Of a stretch of 35,461 bases of DNA, positions 25,545-35,189 are shown piece by piece; within the stretch, counting starts at the first letter, position 1, and each line of letters opens with the position of its first letter. The notes under the pieces were generated by a model that was not told where the DNA came from, searched no databases, and saw only the letters and a list, made by a program, of their open reading frames with translations. The position numbers were made by a program, and so were the translations under genes. The DNA is from a virus (lineage: Duplodnaviria > Heunggongvirae > Uroviricota > Caudoviricetes): the IMG/VR virus record IMGVR_UViG_2778261527_000008; one strand, given 5' to 3'.

Positions 25545-25964
25545 ATGCTAAAAACTAGGCTTATCACCGATTACATCAATTCTTTAATAGGTCAGGAGTT
25601 CGTTCAGGGTGAGAATGATTGCAATCTCATTGCATGTAAGATCATCGATATTCTCGCTGGTACTGACCTATATAATTCTCTTTATAAAAAATATTCAACT
25701 AAAGAAGAAGGCTTGAAAATCTGCAAAGAATTAAGCGGGTATTCAAATATCCTTCAACCAATTAAGAAACATTTCAAATTAGTCACTGATGATTTACAGG
25801 ACGGCGACTTACTGGTCACAGCCCACAAATTAGGAAACCGTAATTATTATTCCGTAGTTCCTCATTATTCCGGTTATGGCCTCGTTGAAGAAGATGGTAT
25901 CTGGATGACCATTCCTGTTTCAGACATTGACTATGAACAAGTTTATAGATTCGGGGGTGAATAA
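25545..25964 (+). CDS. tail tip protein with NlpC/P60-like Cys/His motif (gpK C-terminal-like)
   Basis: ATG at 25545 with GGAGG RBS; GENDCNLIA and downstream His; 139 aa. Confidence 0.35.
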   Translation: MLKTRLITDYINSLIGQEFVQGENDCNLIACKIIDILAGTDLYNSLYKKYSTKEEGLKICKELSGYSNILQPIKKHFKLVTDDLQDGDLLVTAHKLGNRNYYSVVPHYSGYGLVEEDGIWMTIPVSDIDYEQVYRFGGE

Positions 25965-28900
25965 TGGGATTTGAAATATTAGTAGGCGCGGTTATTGCTG
26001 GTGCGTCTGCTGGGATGGCTGCTGCTGCAACATTTTCTGTTATGACCGCAGTCGCTATCGGTATGGCTGCTGGTGCAATGACCTTGATCGCTTCCACTGT
26101 AGGCGCACCAAAAACACCGAAAGTACAAAGCCCAGATAATGCGGTGACACTAGGAACATCAAACGATCCGAAGACAGTATTACCCGTTCTTTTCGGTACT
26201 ACCCGCACGGGTGCAATCTGCGTTTACAAGGCAATTTCTAAGCAAGAAAACAATAAGTTAGTGCAAATCTTCGCTATTGCCGAGGGTGAAATCGACCATT
26301 ACAAAGCACTCTTTATTGATAATAAAAATGTTCTTGTTGGTAAGAACATGACGATCCGTGATGGTATTCTCGATAAGGGCAACATTAAAGAAGAATATCG
26401 TAAAGTATTAGAAGTCGAGTTCCGCACGGGCAAGAATCCTAACACCGCTTTGTCGCTGGCAAAACGTCACTTAGGGTCAGACTGGAACGACAACTACAAA
26501 GGCAATGGTATTGCAACCATGTGTATTGTGTTACGTCGTGATGACAAATCTCTTGCTGCTGGTGTTGATATTCTCCAGCCTAATAGCCAGGTGGCAGTAG
26601 ACGTTTGCGGGTTAAAGATTCGTAACCTTGAAACCAATGCTATTGAGGCTAGCACTAACGGCGTGGACCAGATTTTCCATTATCTGACAAATACAAAATA
26701 TGGTCTTAGTGTACCAATTGAAAACATCAACGTTGATTCATTCCTGAAAGTACGTAAACAAGTACGCCAGATGGACCTACATTCAAACGGTGCATGTGAT
26801 CCGAACGCCAGCTTTAAAGAGAACTTGACCAGTCTTATGCAGACTTTCGGCGGGGTGATGTTCGAATCCTTCGGAAGAATTACCCTGAAACTGGATGCTC
26901 CTGATATTGTTAAGCATACCTTCAATGAAGACAATATTATGATGGGTAAGGTATCACTGAAAACAGGTGGCACTAACGGTTATTTCAATACCATTAACGC
27001 GATGTATCAAGAACCATCAATCGACTATTCAGAACAAATGCTACGTTATCCGGCTGATGCTGAAAACGATGCTACTATTCGTCAAGATGGTCGAATTATC
27101 GCTAAAGATATTGAATATCGTTTTGTTAAGTCTAAAGCCCAGATTGATAAACTTGCGAGTATTGAACGAAATAAATCTCGTATCACTCAGGTTATCAGCT
27201 TTATGACTACTGACGCATTCACTGCCGAAGTTTGGGATGTTATCAGCGTAACCTATGATGAATTGAAACTGAATAATTCCTTATGGCGTATTACTGCAAT
27301 TGATCGCTCGATTGATTCTGGTATTGCTGGGATGATGACTATCACCGCTACAGAATATAATTCTCAGGTTTATACTGACCTGAACTATGCGGCTAACCCA
27401 GATAACCGACCAAGTGGTTTACCGGATTCAATGACAGTACAGAAGCCTACTAATTTCAGAATTAAGGCAACTGGCGAGACGATTTACGGTAAAAACGTTA
27501 CTTTGACATGGGATGCGCCGGAAGATTTTAACCGTTATGGTTTTCAGATTGATTACCGTGTAAGCGGATCACCTAACTGGATTAAGCTGGGACAGACTTC
27601 ACAGCAAATTTTCAGTGTCAATGCACTGGCAAAAGATCGTTCTTATGATTACCGAGTTTGTGCTTTCGGTATCATCGCTCGATCCGATTGGGTAGAACTG
27701 GTTAACCAGAATCCGACTGTTACCTATGAATTGCCGACTCCGGTTATTCGAATCAAAAATCAGGGTAGCACGCCTGGTACTTTCGAAGGCAATGATCTGA
27801 TTATCGAATGGGAAAATCAGCAACAATTAGATGTTGAGATCAACGGTGAAACTAACAAGTTTAGTGACCTGTTTGAAGCATACATTATCAAGGTGACTAA
27901 CAAGGCTGGTAAGTCTATTCAGTACCGTACCCGCGATCCTGAATCATGGACTTATACGCTTGATATGAACCAGTTTAACGGCCTTTCGCGTCAACTGACG
28001 GTAGAAGTATCAGCTAAGGGCTATAACAACTCAGAGAGCGCCCCAGCGCGTTTAGTGGCTATCAACCCACAACATAAGCCAATGAAAGGTTTTAGTGCGC
28101 GTGGTGGCTTTAATACTGCGTTTGTTAGCTGGGCGGATGACGTAGAACATGACTATGCAGGGTCAATCATCCAGTATGCAACCGACAACACTTTCTCAGA
28201 TGCAAGGGCAGTAAGTACGAATAGTGTTAGCCATACTTCCTTTGATATTGCTGACGGTGATTATTATATCCGTGGTGCTCACTACGATATTTTCGGTATG
28301 GATGATGCTGTTTGGTCTGAACCGTATTTCATGCAAATGAAATCTACCATTAGCTGGGACGATCAGGACAAAGAAGCACTGGAAGATCTGATCGGTTTAC
28401 AAGATCGCTTAGATGAAACTATCGCGGATGCTATTAAGCAAGCTGGCGCTAATGCCGATGCTAAAATTGATGCAATGCATAAGCAAATCACTACCGAGAC
28501 GGGTAAAACTGTTCAAGCCTCAGCCGATACCTTAAAGAGTCTGATTGCTTCTGGTGATAAGGCAAGTTCAACTAAGATTGATCAGGTTAAAGCTGAACTG
28601 AAAGGCGATATCACCAAAGAAGTTAGCGCCTCCGCTACAACCCTGAAACAAGCTATTGCTACCAGTGAAGCAGCAAGCGCAAGTAAGATTGACCAAGTTC
28701 GGGTAGAAATGGATGGCAAGATTGCTGGTGTGAATCAGGAAGCGGACGTTAAGATCGATGCTTTGAAAGGAACCATTAACAGCAAATACAATCTAGCGGT
28801 TAATGCAGATGGTCGCGTGGCTGGTATTCACATGAGCGCAACTAACGATCCGGCACAACCGACTAAAATCATCTTTACGGCTGATAAAATTGCTGTAGCT

Positions 28901-29740
28901 CCGCAGAACGGGACCGATGTTTGCCCGTTTGGTATCGAAGGTAACAAGGTTTATCTCGATAATGCGATGATTCGTAATGCTGCAATTGGCACAGCCCAGA
29001 TTAATGATGCGGCAATTACTACCGCTAAGATCGGCAATGCTGCAATTAACAGCGCGAAGATTCAGGACGGGGCGATCACCAATGCGAAGATCGTAAACGG
29101 TGCTATTGATAACGCCAAAATTGGTAACTATATCCAGTCTTCCAACTGGAACGGATCAACCGGATGGCATATCAACAAGAACGGGTCCGCTACGTTCATG
29201 AACGCTACCGTTAAAGGTAATATCACGGCTGATTCTGGTACTCTGAACAACGTCACGATTAACTCTAGCTGTGTTATTAAGGGTATGCTTGAAGCTACTC
29301 AGGTTAAGGGTGATTTCGTTAAGGTGATTGGTCGTAAGTTCCCACACCGTGATGTTAACGTTGATAATGGTTATGGCGGCTATCCGCAAGGTACAGTAAC
29401 CGTTCGCGTTGAAGATGATCACAAGTTCGATCGTCAAATCGTTATTCCGGCGATTAGTTTTGGTGGATTGCGAGCGCGTGAAGGGTCGAACAATAATACC
29501 TATTACGACACCTGTCGCCTGATTGTTCGTAAGAATGGGTCAGAGTTGTATAATAGGGCGTATGGCGGTAATACTGGTCTTTACTCAGGTGTTATTGATA
29601 TGCCAGCGGGTAAAGGTGCTGTGACCTTGACCTTTGAAGTGCAATCAAGCGCAATCAACAACTGGACGCCTAGCACATGGATCAGTGATTTAACTGTAAT
29701 GGTAACTAAAAAAGCCACTACGGGTATTACTGTTTCTTAA
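25964..29740 (+). CDS. central tail fiber / host specificity protein, lambda J-like
   Basis: 1258 aa; C-terminal ~160 aa aligns by eye with lambda J receptor-binding region (DDHKFDRQIVIP.., VIDMPAGKGAVTLTF.., DLTVMVTKK..GITV); unusual 50-aa hydrophobic N-terminal extension. Confidence 0.8.
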   Translation: MGFEILVGAVIAGASAGMAAAATFSVMTAVAIGMAAGAMTLIASTVGAPKTPKVQSPDNAVTLGTSNDPKTVLPVLFGTTRTGAICVYKAISKQENNKLVQIFAIAEGEIDHYKALFIDNKNVLVGKNMTIRDGILDKGNIKEEYRKVLEVEFRTGKNPNTALSLAKRHLGSDWNDNYKGNGIATMCIVLRRDDKSLAAGVDILQPNSQVAVDVCGLKIRNLETNAIEASTNGVDQIFHYLTNTKYGLSVPIENINVDSFLKVRKQVRQMDLHSNGACDPNASFKENLTSLMQTFGGVMFESFGRITLKLDAPDIVKHTFNEDNIMMGKVSLKTGGTNGYFNTINAMYQEPSIDYSEQMLRYPADAENDATIRQDGRIIAKDIEYRFVKSKAQIDKLASIERNKSRITQVISFMTTDAFTAEVWDVISVTYDELKLNNSLWRITAIDRSIDSGIAGMMTITATEYNSQVYTDLNYAANPDNRPSGLPDSMTVQKPTNFRIKATGETIYGKNVTLTWDAPEDFNRYGFQIDYRVSGSPNWIKLGQTSQQIFSVNALAKDRSYDYRVCAFGIIARSDWVELVNQNPTVTYELPTPVIRIKNQGSTPGTFEGNDLIIEWENQQQLDVEINGETNKFSDLFEAYIIKVTNKAGKSIQYRTRDPESWTYTLDMNQFNGLSRQLTVEVSAKGYNNSESAPARLVAINPQHKPMKGFSARGGFNTAFVSWADDVEHDYAGSIIQYATDNTFSDARAVSTNSVSHTSFDIADGDYYIRGAHYDIFGMDDAVWSEPYFMQMKSTISWDDQDKEALEDLIGLQDRLDETIADAIKQAGANADAKIDAMHKQITTETGKTVQASADTLKSLIASGDKASSTKIDQVKAELKGDITKEVSASATTLKQAIATSEAASASKIDQVRVEMDGKIAGVNQEADVKIDALKGTINSKYNLAVNADGRVAGIHMSATNDPAQPTKIIFTADKIAVAPQNGTDVCPFGIEGNKVYLDNAMIRNAAIGTAQINDAAITTAKIGNAAINSAKIQDGAITNAKIVNGAIDNAKIGNYIQSSNWNGSTGWHINKNGSATFMNATVKGNITADSGTLNNVTINSSCVIKGMLEATQVKGDFVKVIGRKFPHRDVNVDNGYGGYPQGTVTVRVEDDHKFDRQIVIPAISFGGLRAREGSNNNTYYDTCRLIVRKNGSELYNRAYGGNTGLYSGVIDMPAGKGAVTLTFEVQSSAINNWTPSTWISDLTVMVTKKATTGITVS

Positions 29741-29759
29741 AAATTTAATTTTAATAATT

Positions 29760-29799
29760 AATCCCGCTTAATTCTTTTGAGTTAGGCGGGATTATTTTT
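29760..29799 (+). terminator. rho-independent terminator after J-like gene
   Basis: aatcccgcttaa ... ttaggcgggatt followed by attttt. Confidence 0.55.
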
Positions 29800-29844
29800 A
29801 TCTAAATAATTCTGCCATTAAATTATAAAAATATCGGGGGCGTA

Positions 29845-30123
29845 ATGACTGAAATTATATATGGCGGTATCGGTGTTATCGCCTTAATTTGCGGTGGTCT
29901 TTGGAGACTTCACCGAAATCAATTAGCAACTGAAAATAGATTGTCGAAATTGGAATCCAGCGACGCATTGTTAAACCAGAAGTTTGAGACGATGCAGAAT
30001 AACCATACTCAGATTGCTGAACGTGTTTACCAAATGGAACAAACACTACACGGTATAGAGAAGAAAGTGGTTGCGATGGACGCCAAATTTGACCAAGTTC
30101 TCGACATACTCAAACAAAAATAA
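29845..30123 (+). CDS. membrane-anchored coiled-coil protein (holin/antiholin or spanin-like candidate)
   Basis: 92 aa; N-terminal TM IIYGGIGVIALICGGLW then coiled coil; GGGGG RBS. Confidence 0.35.
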   Translation: MTEIIYGGIGVIALICGGLWRLHRNQLATENRLSKLESSDALLNQKFETMQNNHTQIAERVYQMEQTLHGIEKKVVAMDAKFDQVLDILKQK

Positions 30124-30141
30124 TAATAAAGGGGTGAATAT

Positions 30142-30312
30142 ATGAAGAATAAACTTAAGAAATATTTTGGTTATCTCTTGATTGTCGCCCTCACTTATAA
30201 CGTAGCTATTAGACCTCTGCTAACGTCCTTTGGGCTTGAACTCCCGGCTATGACCGTGGATGAACAATTGCTAAGGACACTGGCGGGGGTCTTTTCGTTA
30301 TTAGGGGGCTAA
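30142..30312 (+). CDS. small membrane protein (56 aa), holin-like candidate
   Basis: ATG with AAAGGGG RBS; hydrophobic core YLLIVALTYNVAI; stop overlaps next start region. Confidence 0.3.
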   Translation: MKNKLKKYFGYLLIVALTYNVAIRPLLTSFGLELPAMTVDEQLLRTLAGVFSLLGG

Positions 30313-30313
30313 C

Positions 30314-30997
30314 ATGGCAACCAGTACCAATAAACGAAACGCTCTAAGGACTAAGAAAGCGTTACGGCAATGGTCTGAAAAGGCAACCGATACATTCGAA
30401 AAGGCACTAGGGGAAGGGGCGATCTTTGCTTCCAGAGCACTCCAGAAGAAGATTAACAAGAATGTTGATAGACCTACTCGATGGACTCAGCAAGCTGTAG
30501 GTAATACCAACTACAAGAACCGATCAGGGACGAGACACCAAATCTTCATCAAGGGCGCAAGGGATAAGGACAAGAAGATCGGCAGTCAGGATGACTATCT
30601 GAAACACTATTTCGATGGGGGAAAAATCAATAAGCTAGTTCCAATCGCCAACGGTAAGGTCTTAGACGCCCACGGGAACATTAAGGCCATCAAAGGCGGT
30701 AAGATGATGCGTAACATCGAAAACGGCAACTTCATCAAGGTAGAGAACAAGGAAGGGACTTTTATCATGAAGAAGTACAAGCCTAAGAAATCCCGAACCA
30801 AACGCGCTAAGAATGGATCGGCGGTGGCAAAACGTCGCTTAGAGAAACGCATACAGAAACAGAGTAAGCGAATCGTTGCCGTTAAATCGGATAAAATTTC
30901 TACTCGTTATTCGACGCTAGGATCGTGGGAAAGCAACGAGGAAATGATGCTTAAGAACATTAATAAGCACATTAAATCGCGCATGAGATACGTTTAA
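30314..30997 (+). CDS. highly basic hypothetical protein (Lys/Arg-rich)
   Basis: 227-aa ORF with GGGGG RBS; function not recognisable. Confidence 0.45.
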   Translation: MATSTNKRNALRTKKALRQWSEKATDTFEKALGEGAIFASRALQKKINKNVDRPTRWTQQAVGNTNYKNRSGTRHQIFIKGARDKDKKIGSQDDYLKHYFDGGKINKLVPIANGKVLDAHGNIKAIKGGKMMRNIENGNFIKVENKEGTFIMKKYKPKKSRTKRAKNGSAVAKRRLEKRIQKQSKRIVAVKSDKISTRYSTLGSWESNEEMMLKNINKHIKSRMRYV

Positions 30998-31035
30998 TCC
31001 ATAAATACCCTCATAGAATCTTATGGGGGTATAAC

Positions 31036-31383
31036 ATGGCTAAAAATATTTTCACTGAATTTCCTACTTATCCGGTCGATCAGCTTTCCGGTATTTTTAT
31101 TAATGGCATTAGTCCAGAATCAATGACTTATGATTTTGAGGCGAAGAGAGTTAAACATAAACAATATAAAGAATGTATCCGTGACCATGAAAAGGGGACC
31201 GTGTTTTGTGTCGCTACATTGGCTAAACGTCCTAAGTATCGTTTTCGTGTCGGGCAAGAAGTCGATGTAGTTAATCCTTATAGCTTTAATTGTCTGGGCG
31301 ATGCACGCGCGGTGTGTGTAGGTACTGCTCCTTATTATATCAAGGGTATGCGCTTTATTGGTTATATCTTCGAAATGATCTAA
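31036..31383 (+). CDS. hypothetical protein
   Basis: 115-aa ORF with GGGGG RBS. Confidence 0.45.
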   Translation: MAKNIFTEFPTYPVDQLSGIFINGISPESMTYDFEAKRVKHKQYKECIRDHEKGTVFCVATLAKRPKYRFRVGQEVDVVNPYSFNCLGDARAVCVGTAPYYIKGMRFIGYIFEMI

Positions 31384-31392
31384 GGGGGTAAT

Positions 31393-31746
31393 ATGTTAAG
31401 CAAACATTTTTCTCGCAAGGAATTTAAATGTAAATGCGGAAAATGTGATTATGATACAATCGACGCTGAATTACTGGTAATTCTTGAGGATGTACGAGAG
31501 CACTTCGGTAAACCAGTGATTATTAACAGTGGCAACCGTTGCCCGACTCATAACAAGAATGTAGGCGGGGCAGCCAATAGCTATCACGTTCGAGGCCGTG
31601 CGGCTGACATTGTTATCAAGGGTGTCTCACCTGATATTGTTCATGCTTATCTTGATGGGAAATATCCTACTCAATACGGCTTAGGAAAATATAAAACATT
31701 TACGCATATCGATTCCAGATCAAAAAAATCACGGTGGAATGGATAA
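31393..31746 (+). CDS. endolysin, zinc peptidase M15 family (cell-wall peptidase)
   Basis: 117 aa; INSGNRCPTHNKNVGGAANSYHVRGRAADIV and later His/Asp fit the M15 zinc-binding signature. Confidence 0.65.
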   Translation: MLSKHFSRKEFKCKCGKCDYDTIDAELLVILEDVREHFGKPVIINSGNRCPTHNKNVGGAANSYHVRGRAADIVIKGVSPDIVHAYLDGKYPTQYGLGKYKTFTHIDSRSKKSRWNG

Positions 31747-31752
31747 AACAAA

Positions 31753-31776
31753 AGCGCCTCTGGTGGGCGCTTTTTT
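31753..31776 (+). terminator. rho-independent terminator after endolysin
   Basis: agcgcc-tctggtg-ggcgct followed by tttttt. Confidence 0.55.
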
Positions 31777-31955
31777 GTTAGAATATGCTGGCGACGTTAG
31801 CTATATTTCTGACCATTTTTTCATTATAGACAAATATACCGCAGACGATAAAGTCGTTTTTGACGAAGTAGATCCGTCTCTGGTTGAAGTAATGAAAGAA
31901 CCGGAAGACCTAGAGCTTGATTTAAGCCAATTATAGACTCTCTAACGCAATTAAA

Positions 31956-31980
31956 TTAAAAAGGGGTACGGATGTACCCC
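31956..31980 (-). terminator. terminator hairpin for leftward transcripts
   Basis: ggggtac-ggat-gtacccc with A tract on + side (U tract on minus strand). Confidence 0.45.
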
Positions 31981-32018
31981 TTAAAGCGTTTGGTTCGTTA
32001 TACGGCGATTTAGGCCGC

Positions 32019-32276
32019 CTATGATTTATTTTCTTGTTCTATGAAAATCTTTCTCACCTCATCAGAATAAATGTCTAGTGATTCCTCATAACATTTTCTG
32101 TATTCATCGTAATTACTGGTGGTCTTTTGACATAGCAATTTCAATGTCTTATGTGCTCCATCAATGAAAGCATCTTCTCTATAGGTTAGCGGTCTACGCA
32201 TTTCTTGGTCTACGGTTGCCAATGCCAAGCAAGAATTCATAGATAAAATCAAACCTAAAATCTTAATCATCTTCAT
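32019..32276 (-). CDS. small secreted protein
   Basis: signal-peptide-like N-terminus MKMIKILGLILSMNSCLALA; 4 nt downstream of recombinase stop. Confidence 0.35.
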   Translation of the reverse strand: MKMIKILGLILSMNSCLALATVDQEMRRPLTYREDAFIDGAHKTLKLLCQKTTSNYDEYRKCYEESLDIYSDEVRKIFIEQENKS

Positions 32277-32280
32277 TAGC

Positions 32281-33960
32281 TTAAATTCCAAATTCTTGTA
32301 ATGGACCTGGTATTTCTTCTTCTGGTTTCCAGTTCTTATCTGTCAGCATGTCTAAACATGGATGCAGAACAAGCCCGTTACTCTCCAGAATCTGCCTATC
32401 ATTGATAGTCTTCAAATCAACGAAGATCCGGCCTTTCCTCGGTCCTCTTGAATTTTCTATTACAACTCTCTGGGTCTTGCCATCGATGTATTCCAGTACA
32501 AACAAGTTTTTGTACTTGTCAATCCTGCTACACCCGATCCGTTTTAGAGCTTGCTTAATCTTAAACCGGACCTTAATGCGATCCTCGTTGTAAACATCTT
32601 CTAAATCAAATTCTGCGAGCTTCTCCCAGCCTTGAGAGTCAACAGAATACATTTCCTCTTCTGCCATCTTAAGTTGATTGTAGAGTGTTTCACGCTCGCT
32701 ATTGAGGGTAGTAATCTGATCGGCTAGCTCCTTCGTTGCTCCTGTCATAGCAGAAAGGGTAATCAGGTTATCAATCTTGCGTGATATTTCATCAATCTGT
32801 ACTTTCAAAGCCGGAACCGGATTAGCCTTATCTTCAGCAATCCAGATTTTATCAGCCAGCAATTGCAATACAGCTTTCTCTAATTGGTCGCCGCGAAAAC
32901 TCCAGTTTGTATGCACACATTCAATACGACTAGAGCGCATTGCATCGCATGAATAACGATATTGGTTAGGCCGTCTGTTTGTTCCTTTCACCTTAACCAT
33001 AGCGGAACCGCAATGTTCACATTTCAATAGACCAACACCACTAAGCAAGGGAATAGGTTTAGCTTCTTCTTTGTCTCCAAAGTTACATGCTCTAACACCA
33101 ATGCTTTTCTTAAGGTGATAAAACTCAGCGTCATCTAGCACACGAGGATAATAATCCTTTAACTCATACTTAACGCCATCTACAGAGATTTCCTTGATAC
33201 CAATCAAAGCGCGGGTATGGAACAACCTTTCAATCATTGCCCGTGACCAGTTTGAATGCCTCTTGTGACTTGCGGCTGGTGGTGGTGTGTATGTCGCGTT
33301 AAGGTGATCCAGTATCTCGGCGGTTGACCGTCCATTCCTGCGTAATTCCACAACTTCCTGAACAATAGGGAAGAAGACCGGATGAGGAAGCACATAACCA
33401 GATGTGGTATCAGTCCACCACATATTCTTTCCAATTTCCTCGATTGCAACAGCCGGATTTTGTGGATTTTCTTGATGAGCTTTAATCTTAATCAGTGCGC
33501 TTGAGTTAGTACGATTGCGCTTAGTCTGGCTTTCCTCATTACCACGGATGAATAAAAGGATGGAGAACATCAGGTCCATCGGGTTAGCGGTAACAGTATC
33601 AAGCGAGTAGATCTTGTTATCCATGCCAGTAACAATGGTTATCCCCCTACGGATGATTGAAAGGAATAACTCCTGCGCACTGACAATATCGGCACGGGAT
33701 AAACGGTCCAAGTTTTCGATGAATAGCCAGCTACCAACAGGAACGGATCTACCTATTGCATCAAGGAAACGAGATAGCGCCCCTGTTTTGGAGTTAGCAC
33801 CCTTAAACGCAGATACACCCAGATCCTGATAATCATTTACCAGTTCAAGGTCATACTTTACCGCAATCTCTCTAGCCATCCTGATTTGTCGTTCATAACT
33901 CGAACCATCATTCTGACGCATAGACGAGAAGCGAATATACGAATACAGTTTAGTTTTCAT
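32281..33960 (-). CDS. large serine recombinase (integrase/resolvase family)
   Basis: 559 aa from ATG at 33960; N-terminal resolvase catalytic motif YIRFSS..Q; Cys-rich zinc ribbon CEHCG...C..C; coiled-coil segment. Confidence 0.8.
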   Translation of the reverse strand: MKTKLYSYIRFSSMRQNDGSSYERQIRMAREIAVKYDLELVNDYQDLGVSAFKGANSKTGALSRFLDAIGRSVPVGSWLFIENLDRLSRADIVSAQELFLSIIRRGITIVTGMDNKIYSLDTVTANPMDLMFSILLFIRGNEESQTKRNRTNSSALIKIKAHQENPQNPAVAIEEIGKNMWWTDTTSGYVLPHPVFFPIVQEVVELRRNGRSTAEILDHLNATYTPPPAASHKRHSNWSRAMIERLFHTRALIGIKEISVDGVKYELKDYYPRVLDDAEFYHLKKSIGVRACNFGDKEEAKPIPLLSGVGLLKCEHCGSAMVKVKGTNRRPNQYRYSCDAMRSSRIECVHTNWSFRGDQLEKAVLQLLADKIWIAEDKANPVPALKVQIDEISRKIDNLITLSAMTGATKELADQITTLNSERETLYNQLKMAEEEMYSVDSQGWEKLAEFDLEDVYNEDRIKVRFKIKQALKRIGCSRIDKYKNLFVLEYIDGKTQRVVIENSRGPRKGRIFVDLKTINDRQILESNGLVLHPCLDMLTDKNWKPEEEIPGPLQEFGI

Positions 33961-34023
33961 ACCATTTCCAAACAAAAACGCCCCTACCGCGTATTATAAC
34001 GATAGGGGCCAGGTGATTAAAGA

Positions 34024-34443
34024 TTAAAGAATTTCACGGCAGCTAATCAGGGAATAAGACGTATCACCTTTTTTAACATCAAATATAGGTGCGCCATCTA
34101 CAGAATGCAGATATTTGATGTAGGATTTACCATCTTCGGAACCATAATATTCTTCTTTCTCGTTCTTATCTTCTTTCAGTTTTGGGCTTTTGATTGTTTT
34201 ATCAAATACCGGATCGTTGAAAGCAAATTGACTATTATCATCATTCACTCGAACCTTTACACCGATAAAACCACGGTATTTGCCAGACGGCGCATGATAA
34301 TAACGGTCGCCATCACTCAGGTAGCGTGTATCATCTCCTTTATATTCGAAGTAGGAATTGCACACATAATAGGTATAGGTATTAGCATTCGCAGCACCAA
34401 CCAAACCCAGAGCAAGAACAACACCAGCGATAATCTTTTTCAT
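34024..34443 (-). CDS. secreted/periplasmic hypothetical protein
   Basis: 139 aa; signal peptide MKKIIAGVVLALGLVGAANA; two Cys. Confidence 0.4.
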   Translation of the reverse strand: MKKIIAGVVLALGLVGAANANTYTYYVCNSYFEYKGDDTRYLSDGDRYYHAPSGKYRGFIGVKVRVNDDNSQFAFNDPVFDKTIKSPKLKEDKNEKEEYYGSEDGKSYIKYLHSVDGAPIFDVKKGDTSYSLISCREIL

Positions 34444-34488
34444 AGTAGAATTTCCTCTTGTTGTTTGAATTACGATATATTTATATCA

Positions 34489-34611
34489 TTAAAAGTTAAT
34501 GCTAATAATCAGACCAAACACAACCGCACCAATCAAATCAATCCAGTTAATACACAGCGAATATTCTTTCTTGAATGTCTTAGATGAAATGCCATCATGA
34601 AATTGTTTCAT
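34489..34611 (-). CDS. small hydrophobic peptide (40 aa), type I toxin-like or membrane modulator candidate
   Basis: ATG at 34611..34609 with GGGGTGAG RBS; MKQFHDGISSKTFKKEYSLCINWIDLIGAVVFGLIISINF. Confidence 0.2.
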   Translation of the reverse strand: MKQFHDGISSKTFKKEYSLCINWIDLIGAVVFGLIISINF

Positions 34612-34751
34612 TGCTCACCCCATACTAACGACAATATAAGAAAGACTAATCATGGTTGTGAGACTACCTCCCACGAATGAGATAAAAGCTAACATGTTTG
34701 ATTCTCCATTTAAAAAGCGGTGGGAATTACACCCACCAAATTAGAAATTAA

Positions 34752-35189
34752 TTAAGCGCGAACGATGGTCAGAGTATCCAGCAAACCTTTTTCGTATAAT
34801 TCGAAACACGTTTTATATTGCTCAATCTTCCAACCGTAGCGGGTGATCTTATTCAGTAGAATAATCACGGTATTCTCATCTAGGTATTGTCCTTGCTTAC
34901 CAATTACATATGACTCGCGGGATAGTCTCAGCTTACGGAAACCTTTAACACCTAATTCCTTAGCCACCGCTTTAACCTCGTTAATCTCACCTTCTGCGGC
35001 TACATATTCAGCGTCGATAATCTCAGTTGATGATCTCAGTGCTACCAGAACTAAGGCCATTGCTTCTTCTTCGGTACGAGCAACACCAGCTTTCTCGAAA
35101 GTCATCTCACCAAATTTACGAGTCATAATATTGAACATTGTCTGTATTCCGTTTAAATCGGCGGGAATAGTACCCGCCAAATTAGACAT
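34752..35189 (-). CDS. hypothetical protein
   Basis: 145-aa ORF; start overlaps upstream gene stop. Confidence 0.4.
   Translation of the reverse strand: MSNLAGTIPADLNGIQTMFNIMTRKFGEMTFEKAGVARTEEEAMALVLVALRSSTEIIDAEYVAAEGEINEVKAVAKELGVKGFRKLRLSRESYVIGKQGQYLDENTVIILLNKITRYGWKIEQYKTCFELYEKGLLDTLTIVRA

Noticed and set aside
25816-26208. 130-aa minus-strand ORF spanning the K-like/J-like junction
   Set aside because: Antisense to the Gly/Ala-rich J N-terminus; would disrupt a tightly coupled operon.
16332-29740. Diversity-generating retroelement acting on the fiber or J genes
   Set aside because: No reverse transcriptase ORF and no template/variable repeat pair near the 3' ends of the fiber or J genes.
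31739-31936. 65-aa + strand ORF after the endolysin
   Set aside because: Its first codons coincide with the endolysin terminator hairpin (31753-31776) and it has no RBS; probably not translated, though a later internal start cannot be excluded.
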